Shown one piece after another: positions 38,053 through 47,483 of a stretch of DNA of 64,000 nt (its first letter is position 1; each line of letters opens with the position of its first letter). The stretch lies in IMG/VR virus record IMGVR_UViG_2615840601_000001; one strand, written 5' to 3'. The DNA comes from a virus (Duplodnaviria; Caudoviricetes). The position numbers and the translations under genes are program-made. The notes below the pieces were generated by a model, which made no database searches, was not told where the DNA came from, and saw nothing but the letters and a program-made list of their open reading frames with translations.

Positions 38053-38196
38053 TGATATGGTCGGAACGGCCCAGAGCCGCCGTTCGCCAAGACCCTCTCA
38101 CCAAAAGCCAGCGTCCCCAAAGCAGGCATACGTGGCTGTGCTCCGGTTCAGGCTTCTTCGAAAAGCCAGCAAGCAAGTCGAGGCGTTTCAATGTTC

Positions 38197-38715
38197 TTAA
38201 TAAGGCAGTTTTAAAACGAAATGAAAGAGATTCCAAAACTTGCTTTCACCCGAATAGACCCGTCCTTCGAACCATTCAGCCGCTTTATAAACGGCATTGA
38301 AGCCCGCTCGTTCGTAGATGATATTGGCTTCATCAAAGCTGATGCATTTTGCTATTGGACTCGCTGCCCAATCATCATCTAGGCCCAATAGGGTCACGTA
38401 AATGGTGCCGTTATCATTCAATAGGGATTTTAAGCGACCGAGGAACTCCTCGAGGGAATAGGTGATATGGTGAGAAACGAGAGATGCAACGATAAGATCG
38501 TAGCGCTGAGTTGTGGTAAAATCTTCAAATCTGCTTTGAATGAAATTGATCTCTTTGTCTGAAGCCAATTCTTCAAAAACCACAGGATCAATTGCATCAA
38601 CGTTATGGCCCTTATTTGCGAAATACCTCGCCATCCCTCCCTCTCTTGCACCAACATCTAGCACTCTACCTGGTTTAGGTAATTCAATTCTCTCTATAAT
38701 ATCGGCGCGTATCAT
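38197..38715 (-). CDS. Class I SAM-dependent methyltransferase (cargo)
   Basis: VLDVGAREG, VDAID, YDLIV; low GC. Confidence 0.8.
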   Translation of the reverse strand: MIRADIIERIELPKPGRVLDVGAREGGMARYFANKGHNVDAIDPVVFEELASDKEINFIQSRFEDFTTTQRYDLIVASLVSHHITYSLEEFLGRLKSLLNDNGTIYVTLLGLDDDWAASPIAKCISFDEANIIYERAGFNAVYKAAEWFEGRVYSGESKFWNLFHFVLKLPY

Positions 38716-39092
38716 ACAGGCATCTTTCTCGACTGTTTGTTATTTGCAAGGCTGTCTCTTGCGGTGTCTTGAAGAAACCATAGCCTGTACGAGGAAAACG
38801 TCTCGAGCCAGCGTTTAGTTTTGCTAACTCACAGCTGCAAACGGTCCTGCCACTTTTAGTGTCCAATTTGGGCTCGAACCGGACTGGTGCAGTGCATCAT
38901 CATGCGACAACGCTCATCCAGGTTGGTGATTTGCAATCGCGGCCCCTTAAGAGACACTCAGCGATAAGCTGTCATACTGCGGCGCTCCCCTCCCATCCGG
39001 TCATTTGCCGCAGATGTGCAATCTCAGGGGAGATGCATATTCACGATGCGGACTTTATGGAACTACAGCGCGGTCTGTGGCAAGATCTTGCA

Positions 39093-39815
39093 ATGATAGA
39101 ATTCCGCTCCCTTTCCGATGACCATCCCGACCTCGCGCATTCCCCGCTGCTGCACGGTGCGCTCCTTACACTGCAATATGCGCAGAAGCACGGATCAATC
39201 GCTCTGACCAAATCTAAGGCCTTCAAGCGCATTTTCGTCCATTGGGCCGTCGAGAATTTCAATTGGCCAGGCAAAAGCGCAGAAGAGATGTTCCGCTATA
39301 ACAAGGTAATCAATGAATATGAGTTTCCTCCGCTCGAGATTATCCATTTCCTGCTCATCTCCCTGCGCCTGGGACGTCACTTCAAGGGTGAGTTTCGACT
39401 GACCAAGCGGGGCATAAAACTGGCGCAATCTCCTGGCCATCTGTTTGCCGAGTTGATCCCATACTTTGTGCTTCAGATGGATCACTCTTCTTATGCACGC
39501 TTTGAAAACCGTCCCTTCGGGAAGTGGGAGGTCTGGATGAATGTGATTAACGTCGAAGCCGATCAAGGCACGACCGAGGCTGCCTTGTTCGAAATCTTCT
39601 ACGGTGAGCCGCAAGATTGGCACACTGCAGGGTGGAGAGAGATGGCTGTGTTTTCAGCCTGTGTACTTCGTCCGCTCGAATGGGCTGGGTTGCTGGTGGA
39701 GACACGTGAAGAAGGAGGCAGCAAGCCTGTATGTCATGTGTTCAAAACCCCACTCTGGCGCAGCGCGATCAACCTTGATACCGACAACATGCTGCGGCCA
39801 ATATCCGTTCAATGA
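39093..39815 (+). CDS. Hypothetical protein (cargo)
   Basis: Long ORF, likely ATG 39093; flanked by degenerate repeats. Confidence 0.65.
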   Translation: MIEFRSLSDDHPDLAHSPLLHGALLTLQYAQKHGSIALTKSKAFKRIFVHWAVENFNWPGKSAEEMFRYNKVINEYEFPPLEIIHFLLISLRLGRHFKGEFRLTKRGIKLAQSPGHLFAELIPYFVLQMDHSSYARFENRPFGKWEVWMNVINVEADQGTTEAALFEIFYGEPQDWHTAGWREMAVFSACVLRPLEWAGLLVETREEGGSKPVCHVFKTPLWRSAINLDTDNMLRPISVQ

Positions 39816-40062
39816 GAGATGCTTTTTCGGCTACCAAGATGTGGCGCTTTTAGCGTTTGCGGCCCCAAGCGGTCGAGTGCGATGCGTAATGATGAAAGCC
39901 GCTCATCTAGGCTTGCGTTTTGCATTCGCGGCCCAAAGCTGCCTTTCGTGCACCTCGCAATGAACGTCCGGTTTGTCAGCCGAAGCGGAAATGCTAACTT
40001 AGATGGGTGGCAAGCGTTCGCTCTATTGCCACCACTTTGTGACACTTTCGGATCGAAAAATG

Positions 40063-40186
40063 GATAGTTGGGCGTGCCTGTATGTGTGTGGTCCGCAAAA
40101 GCGTAAACTTAGAAGGAACGCAGAGGCCTAGTAATGGGTCCCGTCGCGTCCAGCTCAGATATCTCAGGCAACCGCCCACAATTATC
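40063..40186 (-). ncRNA. DRT3-associated ncRNA with CACACACA tract
   Basis: Starts right after drt3b stop; 5' GATAATTGTGGGCGGTTGCCTG pairs with 3' CAGGCACGCCCAACTATC; tract at 40083-40090. Confidence 0.8.
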
Positions 40187-42121
40187 TTAGACCGCCGAGT
40201 ATACAGGCTGCAACTGCTTTCTTCTCAAAAAATGAGACGTTCTTCCGGCGTTCCAATCGACGAATGCAACGTGTTTTGCGAGCTTTTCGATATCATCGTC
40301 CGATAGGTCATCGACGCCACAAACTTCCTTTATTAAGGCCTTTCTTTTGCTAACCTTAATATAGGGACATCCTATAATATCGCTAAACATCAGGTATACC
40401 TCTGAACTAGTCCTGAGTTCTGTTTTGTTTCTACGAACCTGTTTGAGAGCCAACTTGGAGATGGTTTCGAGCGCCCTATCAACATCAACAGACGGCGATG
40501 CTTGCGCCAACAGAAAAATCATCGCAATAAATGAAAAGTACCCAATGCTTTTCCTTTTAAGCAACATGGTGCACAGCTCAATAACAGGGGGCTGGGATAA
40601 AAACAGGTCACTATTAACCGAAGCACCAAGCACAAGCAGATTACAAATTTCTAAGGAAATGTCTTTCTCAATCTTTTCCGGTTTATAGGTAGCAACTAGC
40701 TCCGTTATCTCATAAACGAGATAGCTATCTAGCGCTTCAGCTTCTGACAATCCGATTGCAGTCTTGAAATTCTTTAAGCTCTCGAGAATTTGGAAAGATT
40801 TATAGATCGGAGCAACGCGAAAATCTGACGCCAAAGAATAGAATAGAATTCGCAGAATGGATCTAACTCTATTAATGGCGTCAATTTTTGTTTTAGTCGT
40901 AAAACTTTCTGCCGACTTTAATACAGCTTTAACGGCCTTCCCTATCTGAAAATAGATCGAGCCGGTTACTTCGTTGAAAGTTGCATCTGTATCACGAACA
41001 ACTAGCCTTAACTCTTCAAGTAGGCTTCGCATGTTGCGGCGTATCTCTGTTTGTTCGTCCTCGTCATCAACTAACGGCCTTTTTGCTTCGGCTAGCAACC
41101 TAGTGGTAATATCTCCGATGCCTTGTTTTGCTCGGGTGATGTTGGTCACAAAAGGGCGGCGCAAATTTTCAAGTTTTCCCTCGTTCGGATACAGCTTATA
41201 CTCTTCTAAACAAGTTTCTACAGCTCGATTCAGTTCGTCGAGTACAGCTTCATTCCGTGTAAAGAGGAAAAAGTCATCGACATATCTACGGAAAGTGTAA
41301 TCACGCCCCTCGCGAAGGTGTTTATCCATTTTTAAGATTATATTTCTATCAATCTTCTGAAAGATTATCTCCGCAAAGACTCGTGATATCTCGGGTCCAA
41401 CAACAATTCCATTTGTTTCATTGTAATTGGACCGTTGCATCAGTGCATCGAACCGGCCCTCGAAGGTATACTTGTTTGCTTGGGCTTTAGAATAAGGTTT
41501 ATCCTTCACAGCCCATGTCACTGAATGGGTATAGATGTTAAAAAAGCACTTAGTTACATCAAGCTTTCTGAGATACTGAAATCGGCTCTCTAGCCTTAGA
41601 AGTTCGTTAGAGCCATAAAACTTGTCGAGCAAATTGTATTTTTTGACTGAAAAAAAGGATGGAGCAAAATTAATATCTAAGCGTCCATCTTCCGGCGCTA
41701 CATGTGCTAGTCCAAGCTTCTTCGCATTCCCTGCTTTCTTCAATTCTTCCTTCGAAACTTCCGGCAAAACTCTGTACGGAGCTCGAAGCGAGTATCTACT
41801 TTCACTGCATTCCGAAATGATTGTATTCGAATATCCTACTAAAAAAGTTGCCATTCTGATCTGGTGAAGTGGATGAACAATACTGAGTGTATTGAAGCCT
41901 CTGGCTCCTTTGCGAATCTGGTAGCTGAAAGGAATTGTGTAAGTCTCTGGCCTCAAAGGCCTCCTGTAGTCCCCATTTAAAAACTCTTGTGCTTTAACAG
42001 AAAGCCGAGACTTTCTTAGCTCGGATACGAAGAGAAATTCGTTGGAAAAGGTGACAGGAACCTCGTATGGCAGTGTTTCAGTCAAGAGAGGTCGCAATTT
42101 CCGTGCGTGTGGTTCAAGCAT
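40187..42121 (-). CDS. drt3b: Antiphage reverse transcriptase Drt3b (UG8-type)
   Basis: LLTETLPYEVP..FSN, LDVTKCF.NIYTHS..WA, GIVVGPEISRVFAE, RYVDD; 644 aa. Confidence 0.9.
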   Translation of the reverse strand: MLEPHARKLRPLLTETLPYEVPVTFSNEFLFVSELRKSRLSVKAQEFLNGDYRRPLRPETYTIPFSYQIRKGARGFNTLSIVHPLHQIRMATFLVGYSNTIISECSESRYSLRAPYRVLPEVSKEELKKAGNAKKLGLAHVAPEDGRLDINFAPSFFSVKKYNLLDKFYGSNELLRLESRFQYLRKLDVTKCFFNIYTHSVTWAVKDKPYSKAQANKYTFEGRFDALMQRSNYNETNGIVVGPEISRVFAEIIFQKIDRNIILKMDKHLREGRDYTFRRYVDDFFLFTRNEAVLDELNRAVETCLEEYKLYPNEGKLENLRRPFVTNITRAKQGIGDITTRLLAEAKRPLVDDEDEQTEIRRNMRSLLEELRLVVRDTDATFNEVTGSIYFQIGKAVKAVLKSAESFTTKTKIDAINRVRSILRILFYSLASDFRVAPIYKSFQILESLKNFKTAIGLSEAEALDSYLVYEITELVATYKPEKIEKDISLEICNLLVLGASVNSDLFLSQPPVIELCTMLLKRKSIGYFSFIAMIFLLAQASPSVDVDRALETISKLALKQVRRNKTELRTSSEVYLMFSDIIGCPYIKVSKRKALIKEVCGVDDLSDDDIEKLAKHVAFVDWNAGRTSHFLRRKQLQPVYSAV

Positions 42122-43403
42122 TCAACCAAGCCTTTCTTATTTCGGAAACAGTGGCACGCTTGAAGCGCACGGTCATCTTGTTTGTGAACCCCTTGTAAAA
42201 AGAGAGGTTCTTTAACTCTGCCAACTGCTCTGGCGTGAACGAAGCTTGAATTTCCGTTTTGAACTGGCTGTTACCTCCCCATAAAAGGGATGATAAAAAC
42301 CCATCTAACTCTTTCAGTTCGATTGGAGCAACTGAGACATTCTCAGGACCTTGCCGTCTGTATTGATACAAGCCGCATTTCCGATAATTGAAGTATATTC
42401 CGGTCCTGATTCTGGCTTTTTTCGATCCGTGAGTATGACCCGTCTTTCTAATTTCAAAATTGCTGGTGAGAAACTTCACTCGGTTTAGCAGCAAAGCAGC
42501 GTTCTTGTCTTTTTGGAATGCTTTCAAGCTAAGTATGATACGTGTCTTTCTGACTTTGATTTTGTCTTTAGATATCTTGACCAAGACTTGTCGGCTCATT
42601 CGAGCTCGAATTCCATTTGAGCATTCGAACGAATAACCGAGATAGGTGAACGAGCTGGCTGGCTTTTTGCAAGGATTTTTGTCTGAATCTGGTATCGACT
42701 CTAGAAAAGCATCTTCCGTCTTTGAGTTCAGTTCGAAATTTGGGCTTAGGATCTCCTTGATTTTGGCAAGTGCTGGATCGACCTTTTGCGTTGAAAACAA
42801 CAAAATGTCATCTGCGAAGCGAAAATATCGGTAAACCCCTTCGATCTCCATGACTTCTCGATCAAATTTACGCAGCGCAAGTTCGGCGAAGGTGGTGCTG
42901 AGGCCAAGTCCACGAGGGATGCCAGATTGTGTTCCCCCAAGTAGGCCCGACGTTTCTAGAACTCTCAGGACTGTCTTTACGTGTGAGTGTGTCTTTGTTG
43001 AACTAAGAATCTCTGCCAGTATTGCCTTTGCATCTACATTTTCGAAGAAAGATTTTATATCACACCGCAATACATAAAATGGTGAAGCGTCGAACAGAGT
43101 TTCTAAGACGCCGTTAACCACAGTGTCGCGGCTAGCCGAGCTAACACCATATTGTTTGTTCAAAGACCTCGCGGTCGCTCGTAGAGCGAGCGCACCGTGA
43201 AAGTTGTTAATCAAAAGCAGCTTTCGCCCTTTGGAAATCGGGACCGAGCGGTGATGAAAAGTGATTGTGCCATCATCCACCTGTTCGCGTATCTGAGAAA
43301 GAAGAGCCTCGCAATCCAATGCCAAATCGACACCAAACTTCCTGGAGTCGCCGACCCGAATACAGCTTCTAAGATATTTTTCAGAAAATGGACTAATCTG
43401 CAT
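42114..43403 (-). CDS. drt3a: Antiphage reverse transcriptase Drt3a (UG3-type)
   Basis: RCDIKSFFE, GIPRGLGLS, YFRFADD, FTYLGYSF; overlaps drt3b start by 8 nt. Confidence 0.9.
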   Translation of the reverse strand: MQISPFSEKYLRSCIRVGDSRKFGVDLALDCEALLSQIREQVDDGTITFHHRSVPISKGRKLLLINNFHGALALRATARSLNKQYGVSSASRDTVVNGVLETLFDASPFYVLRCDIKSFFENVDAKAILAEILSSTKTHSHVKTVLRVLETSGLLGGTQSGIPRGLGLSTTFAELALRKFDREVMEIEGVYRYFRFADDILLFSTQKVDPALAKIKEILSPNFELNSKTEDAFLESIPDSDKNPCKKPASSFTYLGYSFECSNGIRARMSRQVLVKISKDKIKVRKTRIILSLKAFQKDKNAALLLNRVKFLTSNFEIRKTGHTHGSKKARIRTGIYFNYRKCGLYQYRRQGPENVSVAPIELKELDGFLSSLLWGGNSQFKTEIQASFTPEQLAELKNLSFYKGFTNKMTVRFKRATVSEIRKAWLNA

Positions 43404-43889
43404 TATTGTTTACTTCTTATCAAAAGGTTGTAAATATTTCCGATACAATTTGATCCGCATGCAAGTTAGTTGAGCGATGTAAGCATAACAATACCAGAAA
43501 TTGCACAAAAACAGCAATGTGACTAAAACTGTCTTCGGTGCAGATAGCAGCAAAAGACTGCCTCCCGCCCGACCATGACGCAGCTATCAAAGCGAGCTTA
43601 AAGTTCCCGAGAATGTCCGCTTCTGCTGGCTACCATCAGGATTTTGCATCTGCGGGAAATGTCCGCAATCCGCCCACAGGCGTCGATCATCAAGCTTTCC
43701 GACAATTTGTCTCTGTCGCGTTTTGTACCCCCTCCCAGCCCCCACCATACCCAAAATTTCCGCGAGCCGCGTTAAAGGCGCGTTAGAAAGCCATTGAGGG
43801 CCTATTGTTGCGGTTGGGTTGCCTCTCATCTGCCGTTGGTGATAGAAGGGCGATAGCTTCCCCCCAAAAATTGACTTCATATGCCGCCC

Positions 43890-43930
43890 GGAACAGTTCC
43901 GGCGAGCGCCATCATTTTACCTGCCATGTT
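43890..43930 (+). promoter_or_regulatory. Putative late promoter (GGAACAGTTCC + CATGTT)
   Basis: Recurrent motif, 24-nt spacer, upstream of protease. Confidence 0.6.
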
Positions 43931-43960
43931 GCCATCAACTTGATCCCAAGGAGATGCGGC

Positions 43961-45127
43961 GTGGCCAAGGTTGATGACAAAGACAAAACGAAGCGCATTG
44001 AGGTGTTCCGTCCGGGCACGTTTACGGCGATGGGCGGCATGGCGTTCAGTGCGTCTGCTGAAGACCTGGCTGGTCTGGCTCAGCGTTATGATCCTGACGC
44101 ATATCCTGTGCCTGTTGTTGTTGGCCATCCCAAGACTGACGATCCCGCCTATGGCTGGGTGAAGGCCTTTTCCTATGATGATGAGGCGGATCGCCTCTTT
44201 GCCGAGATCGGTGATCTGGAGCCACAGTTCGCCGATGCGGTTGCGCAGCATCGCTACAAGCGCGTCTCCATGGCTTTTTATAAACCAGGTGCAAGCTCCA
44301 ATCCTGCGGGCGATGCTCTCTATCCCAAACATGTCGGGTTTCTTGGGGCTGTGGCTCCTGCTGTGCCCGGTTTGAAGCCGGTGGAATTTGCCGGTGAGGC
44401 GGATGATGTCATCGCCGTCGAGTTTGCCGATGCCGCCTTCAAGGATGTTGCCAGCATCTTTCGCCGTTTCCGTGACTGGCTGATCGCCAACGAAGGTCTG
44501 GAGACCGCAGACAATGTGCTGCCCGACTATCAGATCCGCTGGATCGACGATGCTGGCGACCTGCCTCCCGACATTCCTTCCCCCGAATTTTCTGAAGACG
44601 AGGAACCCACCATGGCCCTGAAGCCCGCCAAATCCAAACCCGCCCAGACCGCCACTACACAACCAAGCGAAGCTGAGCTTACCTTTGCTGAGCGAGAGGC
44701 CGAGCTGAACGCCCGTCAGGCAGAGCTGGACGAGCGGGAAGCCGAACAGCGCCATGAGACCCATGTCGCCTTTGCCGAAGGCCTTGTCGATGATGGCCGC
44801 CTGCCATCGGGCAACCGGGCCAAGGTGGTGGCCCTGCTCGATGGCGCTTCTGAGCTTGATGCGGACGAGATCGAATTTGCCGATGGCAACGAGACCAAGA
44901 AAGCCGATCTGGTCGATCTCTTGAAAGACGTGCTCAAGACCCAGCCTCCCATCATCCAGTTTGGCGAGATGGATCTGGGTGATGCACCGGACGGCAAGGA
45001 GCCTGATCCCGAGGTCATCGCCAATGAGGCGGTTGCCTTCCAGGTCTCCCAGCGTGAAGCGGGGATTGAGGTCTCCACGTCCGACGCCATTTCCCACATC
45101 CGCCAGAAGCGTGGCCTGACAGACTAA
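43961..45127 (+). CDS. Prohead protease/scaffold (Mu gpI/Z-like)
   Basis: GTG with RBS AAGGAG; IEVFRPG, GHP, PAYGWV, HVGFLGA..PAV.GL. Confidence 0.9.
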   Translation: MAKVDDKDKTKRIEVFRPGTFTAMGGMAFSASAEDLAGLAQRYDPDAYPVPVVVGHPKTDDPAYGWVKAFSYDDEADRLFAEIGDLEPQFADAVAQHRYKRVSMAFYKPGASSNPAGDALYPKHVGFLGAVAPAVPGLKPVEFAGEADDVIAVEFADAAFKDVASIFRRFRDWLIANEGLETADNVLPDYQIRWIDDAGDLPPDIPSPEFSEDEEPTMALKPAKSKPAQTATTQPSEAELTFAEREAELNARQAELDEREAEQRHETHVAFAEGLVDDGRLPSGNRAKVVALLDGASELDADEIEFADGNETKKADLVDLLKDVLKTQPPIIQFGEMDLGDAPDGKEPDPEVIANEAVAFQVSQREAGIEVSTSDAISHIRQKRGLTD

Positions 45128-45163
45128 GCCGCACCCATTCCCCCTAATCTGGAGACGAGAACA

Positions 45164-45541
45164 ATGCAGCAGCATGTAGGGCTGATCAAGAATTTCATGG
45201 CAGAGGGGCTTATTGAGAAGCGCCGTCTGGTCACCTTCGGGTCTGAAGAAGGCAATGTTGCCAGGGCTGGCATCGGCGATGTGCTGCTTGGCACGACCGC
45301 GATCCGTGGTGCCCCTGCCGCCAATAGCCGAGTGGATGTCTGTCTCGACAATATCCGCGAAGTCGAATTTGGCGGTGTTGTCGCCTATGGCGATCCGATC
45401 ACCTCTGATGCCAATGGCCGCGCCATCAAGGCGGAACCGGCAGAAGGCAGTTCGGTTCCGATCATCGGACGCGCCATGGAAGGTGCCAAGGTTGGCACCA
45501 TCGGGCATGTCTTCATTCAGCCTGCCATCCTTCACGGCTAA
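45164..45541 (+). CDS. Capsid decoration/cement protein (DUF2190-like)
   Basis: GDPITSDANGRA; between protease and capsid. Confidence 0.75.
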   Translation: MQQHVGLIKNFMAEGLIEKRRLVTFGSEEGNVARAGIGDVLLGTTAIRGAPAANSRVDVCLDNIREVEFGGVVAYGDPITSDANGRAIKAEPAEGSSVPIIGRAMEGAKVGTIGHVFIQPAILHG

Positions 45542-45580
45542 GGCCGTTCATCCTTAACCCCTACTTGGAGAGGTCTCGCT

Positions 45581-46519
45581 ATGTCGACCGCTACCGACCA
45601 ATTTACCGAAAGCCCGACACTTACTGCGGTCGCTATTGCCTACCGCAATCCCGATTACGCACTGATTGCCGATGATGTTCTGCCGCGCGTTGACGTGCCT
45701 GGCATCAATTTCAAATGGCAGAGCTACAACGAAGCGGAAGCCTTCACCATTCCCGACACCAAGGTCGGTCGCCGTTCTGCACCGAACCAGGTTGAACTGG
45801 AAGGCGAAGAGAAGGATGGTTCGGTCGAGGACTTCGGGATCGACATCCCTCTCGACAATGCCACCATCACGGAAGCCAAGCGTAACAAGTATAATCCGGA
45901 AAGCCGGGCAACCGAGCGGGCAACCAACATTATCATGCTGGATCGTGAAGTGCGTGTTGCGAGACTGATCACCGATCCTGCCAATTATCATTCCGATCAT
46001 GTTGAGGCTCTGTCCGGCACGGACCTGCTGACGGATGAAGCGTCCGATCCGATCTCTCTGGTCGAGGATCTGATGTCCACCTGTTGGCACAAGCCCAACC
46101 AGATCACCTTTGGCTTTCGTGCCTGGCGTGCCTTCCGCAAGCATCCAAAGGTTATGAAAGCCGTTCATGGCAATAGCGGTGATGAAGGCCGCGCCACCCG
46201 TGCCCAGATTACTGAGCTGCTCGAAGTCAAGCGGATCCTCGTTGGCGAAAGCCGGGTCAACATCAACAAACCGGGTGAGAATGCTGAACTGCATCGCGTC
46301 TGGGACAACACCATTTCCGGTCAGTTCATTGATCGCACCGCCGACACGTCCGGTGGTTTGACCTTCGGCTTCACGGCCCAGCTCGGCAAGAAGATTGCCG
46401 GAACCCTTCCTGCCAATATGGGTTTGCGCGGTGGCAAACTGGTTCGCTCCGGTGAAAGCGTCAAAGAGTTCATCGTTGCCAATCGTGCAGGCTTCCTGAT
46501 CCAAAACGCAGTCGTCTGA
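45581..46519 (+). CDS. Major capsid protein
   Basis: PTLTAVAIAYRN...LIADDVLPRV; LDREVRVA; GFLIQNAV. Confidence 0.88.
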   Translation: MSTATDQFTESPTLTAVAIAYRNPDYALIADDVLPRVDVPGINFKWQSYNEAEAFTIPDTKVGRRSAPNQVELEGEEKDGSVEDFGIDIPLDNATITEAKRNKYNPESRATERATNIIMLDREVRVARLITDPANYHSDHVEALSGTDLLTDEASDPISLVEDLMSTCWHKPNQITFGFRAWRAFRKHPKVMKAVHGNSGDEGRATRAQITELLEVKRILVGESRVNINKPGENAELHRVWDNTISGQFIDRTADTSGGLTFGFTAQLGKKIAGTLPANMGLRGGKLVRSGESVKEFIVANRAGFLIQNAVV

Positions 46520-46592
46520 TCGCCAGGACGCGGTGAGCGGCCTGGATAACTGACCCACCGCTCATTTCCCTCTCATTTGAAAGCCTCAAACC

Positions 46593-46988
46593 ATGACTGA
46601 CAAGAAGACTTACCCCGTTCTTTCTGCCGTCCGCCACAATGGCACGCTCTACAAACCCGACGATCCGGAGCATGACAGCATCACGCTCACCGAGAAGGAA
46701 GCCAACCAGCTCCTGAAGCTCAAGGTGATCGGTGAACCGGCCCATGAGGATACTGATGAAGCGACTGGCTCCGAGCCATCCCTCTCTGATGAGGAGCGCA
46801 AACGGGTCATCATCAATGTTCTCCCGCAGCTCAAATCTGACACGGATCTCACCAAGGCCGGGGAGCCGAAGGTGAGCGTGATCGAAAAACTGGTCGGCTT
46901 TGATGTCTCTGCCGATGAGGTCAAGGCGATCTGGGCGGACGTCCAGGCGCAGTCTGCTGCCCTCAAAGTTGATCCTCAGAGCGAATAG
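46593..46988 (+). CDS. Head-associated hypothetical protein
   Basis: VRHNG..Y.P motif; DLTKAGEPKV domain. Confidence 0.6.
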   Translation: MTDKKTYPVLSAVRHNGTLYKPDDPEHDSITLTEKEANQLLKLKVIGEPAHEDTDEATGSEPSLSDEERKRVIINVLPQLKSDTDLTKAGEPKVSVIEKLVGFDVSADEVKAIWADVQAQSAALKVDPQSE

Positions 46989-47000
46989 GCGCGTTAGGTC

Positions 47001-47483
47001 ATGGCTGAGACGGGATCCTATCTAACGCTCGATGAGCTGATTGCCCGGCAGGACGAGAAGGACTTGCTTGCTCTTTGCGGGACAGGTGGCTGGAACGGTG
47101 CTGCCGGTCGGCAGATTGATGAGGCCCGTCTTGGCTGGCAGCTCAAACGTGCCCAGAGCATGATCGCGGGATATGTCAAATCCCGCTATCCGGCCCTTGA
47201 GGCCATGGTACCCGAGGACATGCCCGAAGCCCTCAAGGGCGCAGCCGAGACCCTTGTCATCTATTGGCTGCGGGATCGGGTCCATGACACGTCCGGTGTC
47301 TCCGATGAATGGAGGGACCGATATCGGGATGTGGTGAGCTGGCTCAAGGATATCCATGCGGGCCGCGCCGATCTCGATCTGCCCGGACTTGATGACGCAT
47401 CCGCTGAGGATGGGTCCGGGATCCTCAGTGCCTTCCCGGTGGGACGGGCTGACCATGTTTTGAAAGGATATGGCTTTGACTGA
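47001..47483 (+). CDS. Mu gp36-like (DUF1320)
   Basis: YLT.DEL..R, I.GY...RY, RY...VSWLKDI..G. Confidence 0.85.
   Translation: MAETGSYLTLDELIARQDEKDLLALCGTGGWNGAAGRQIDEARLGWQLKRAQSMIAGYVKSRYPALEAMVPEDMPEALKGAAETLVIYWLRDRVHDTSGVSDEWRDRYRDVVSWLKDIHAGRADLDLPGLDDASAEDGSGILSAFPVGRADHVLKGYGFD

Noticed and set aside
40063-43403. Retron, group II intron or DGR interpretation of the RT genes
   Set aside because: Two RTs in tandem with the ncRNA downstream; no VTG motif, maturase, Avd or template repeat seen; architecture fits DRT3
38053-43889. Anti-CRISPR acr-aca locus at the G-I site
   Set aside because: No small co-oriented genes followed by an HTH aca-like gene
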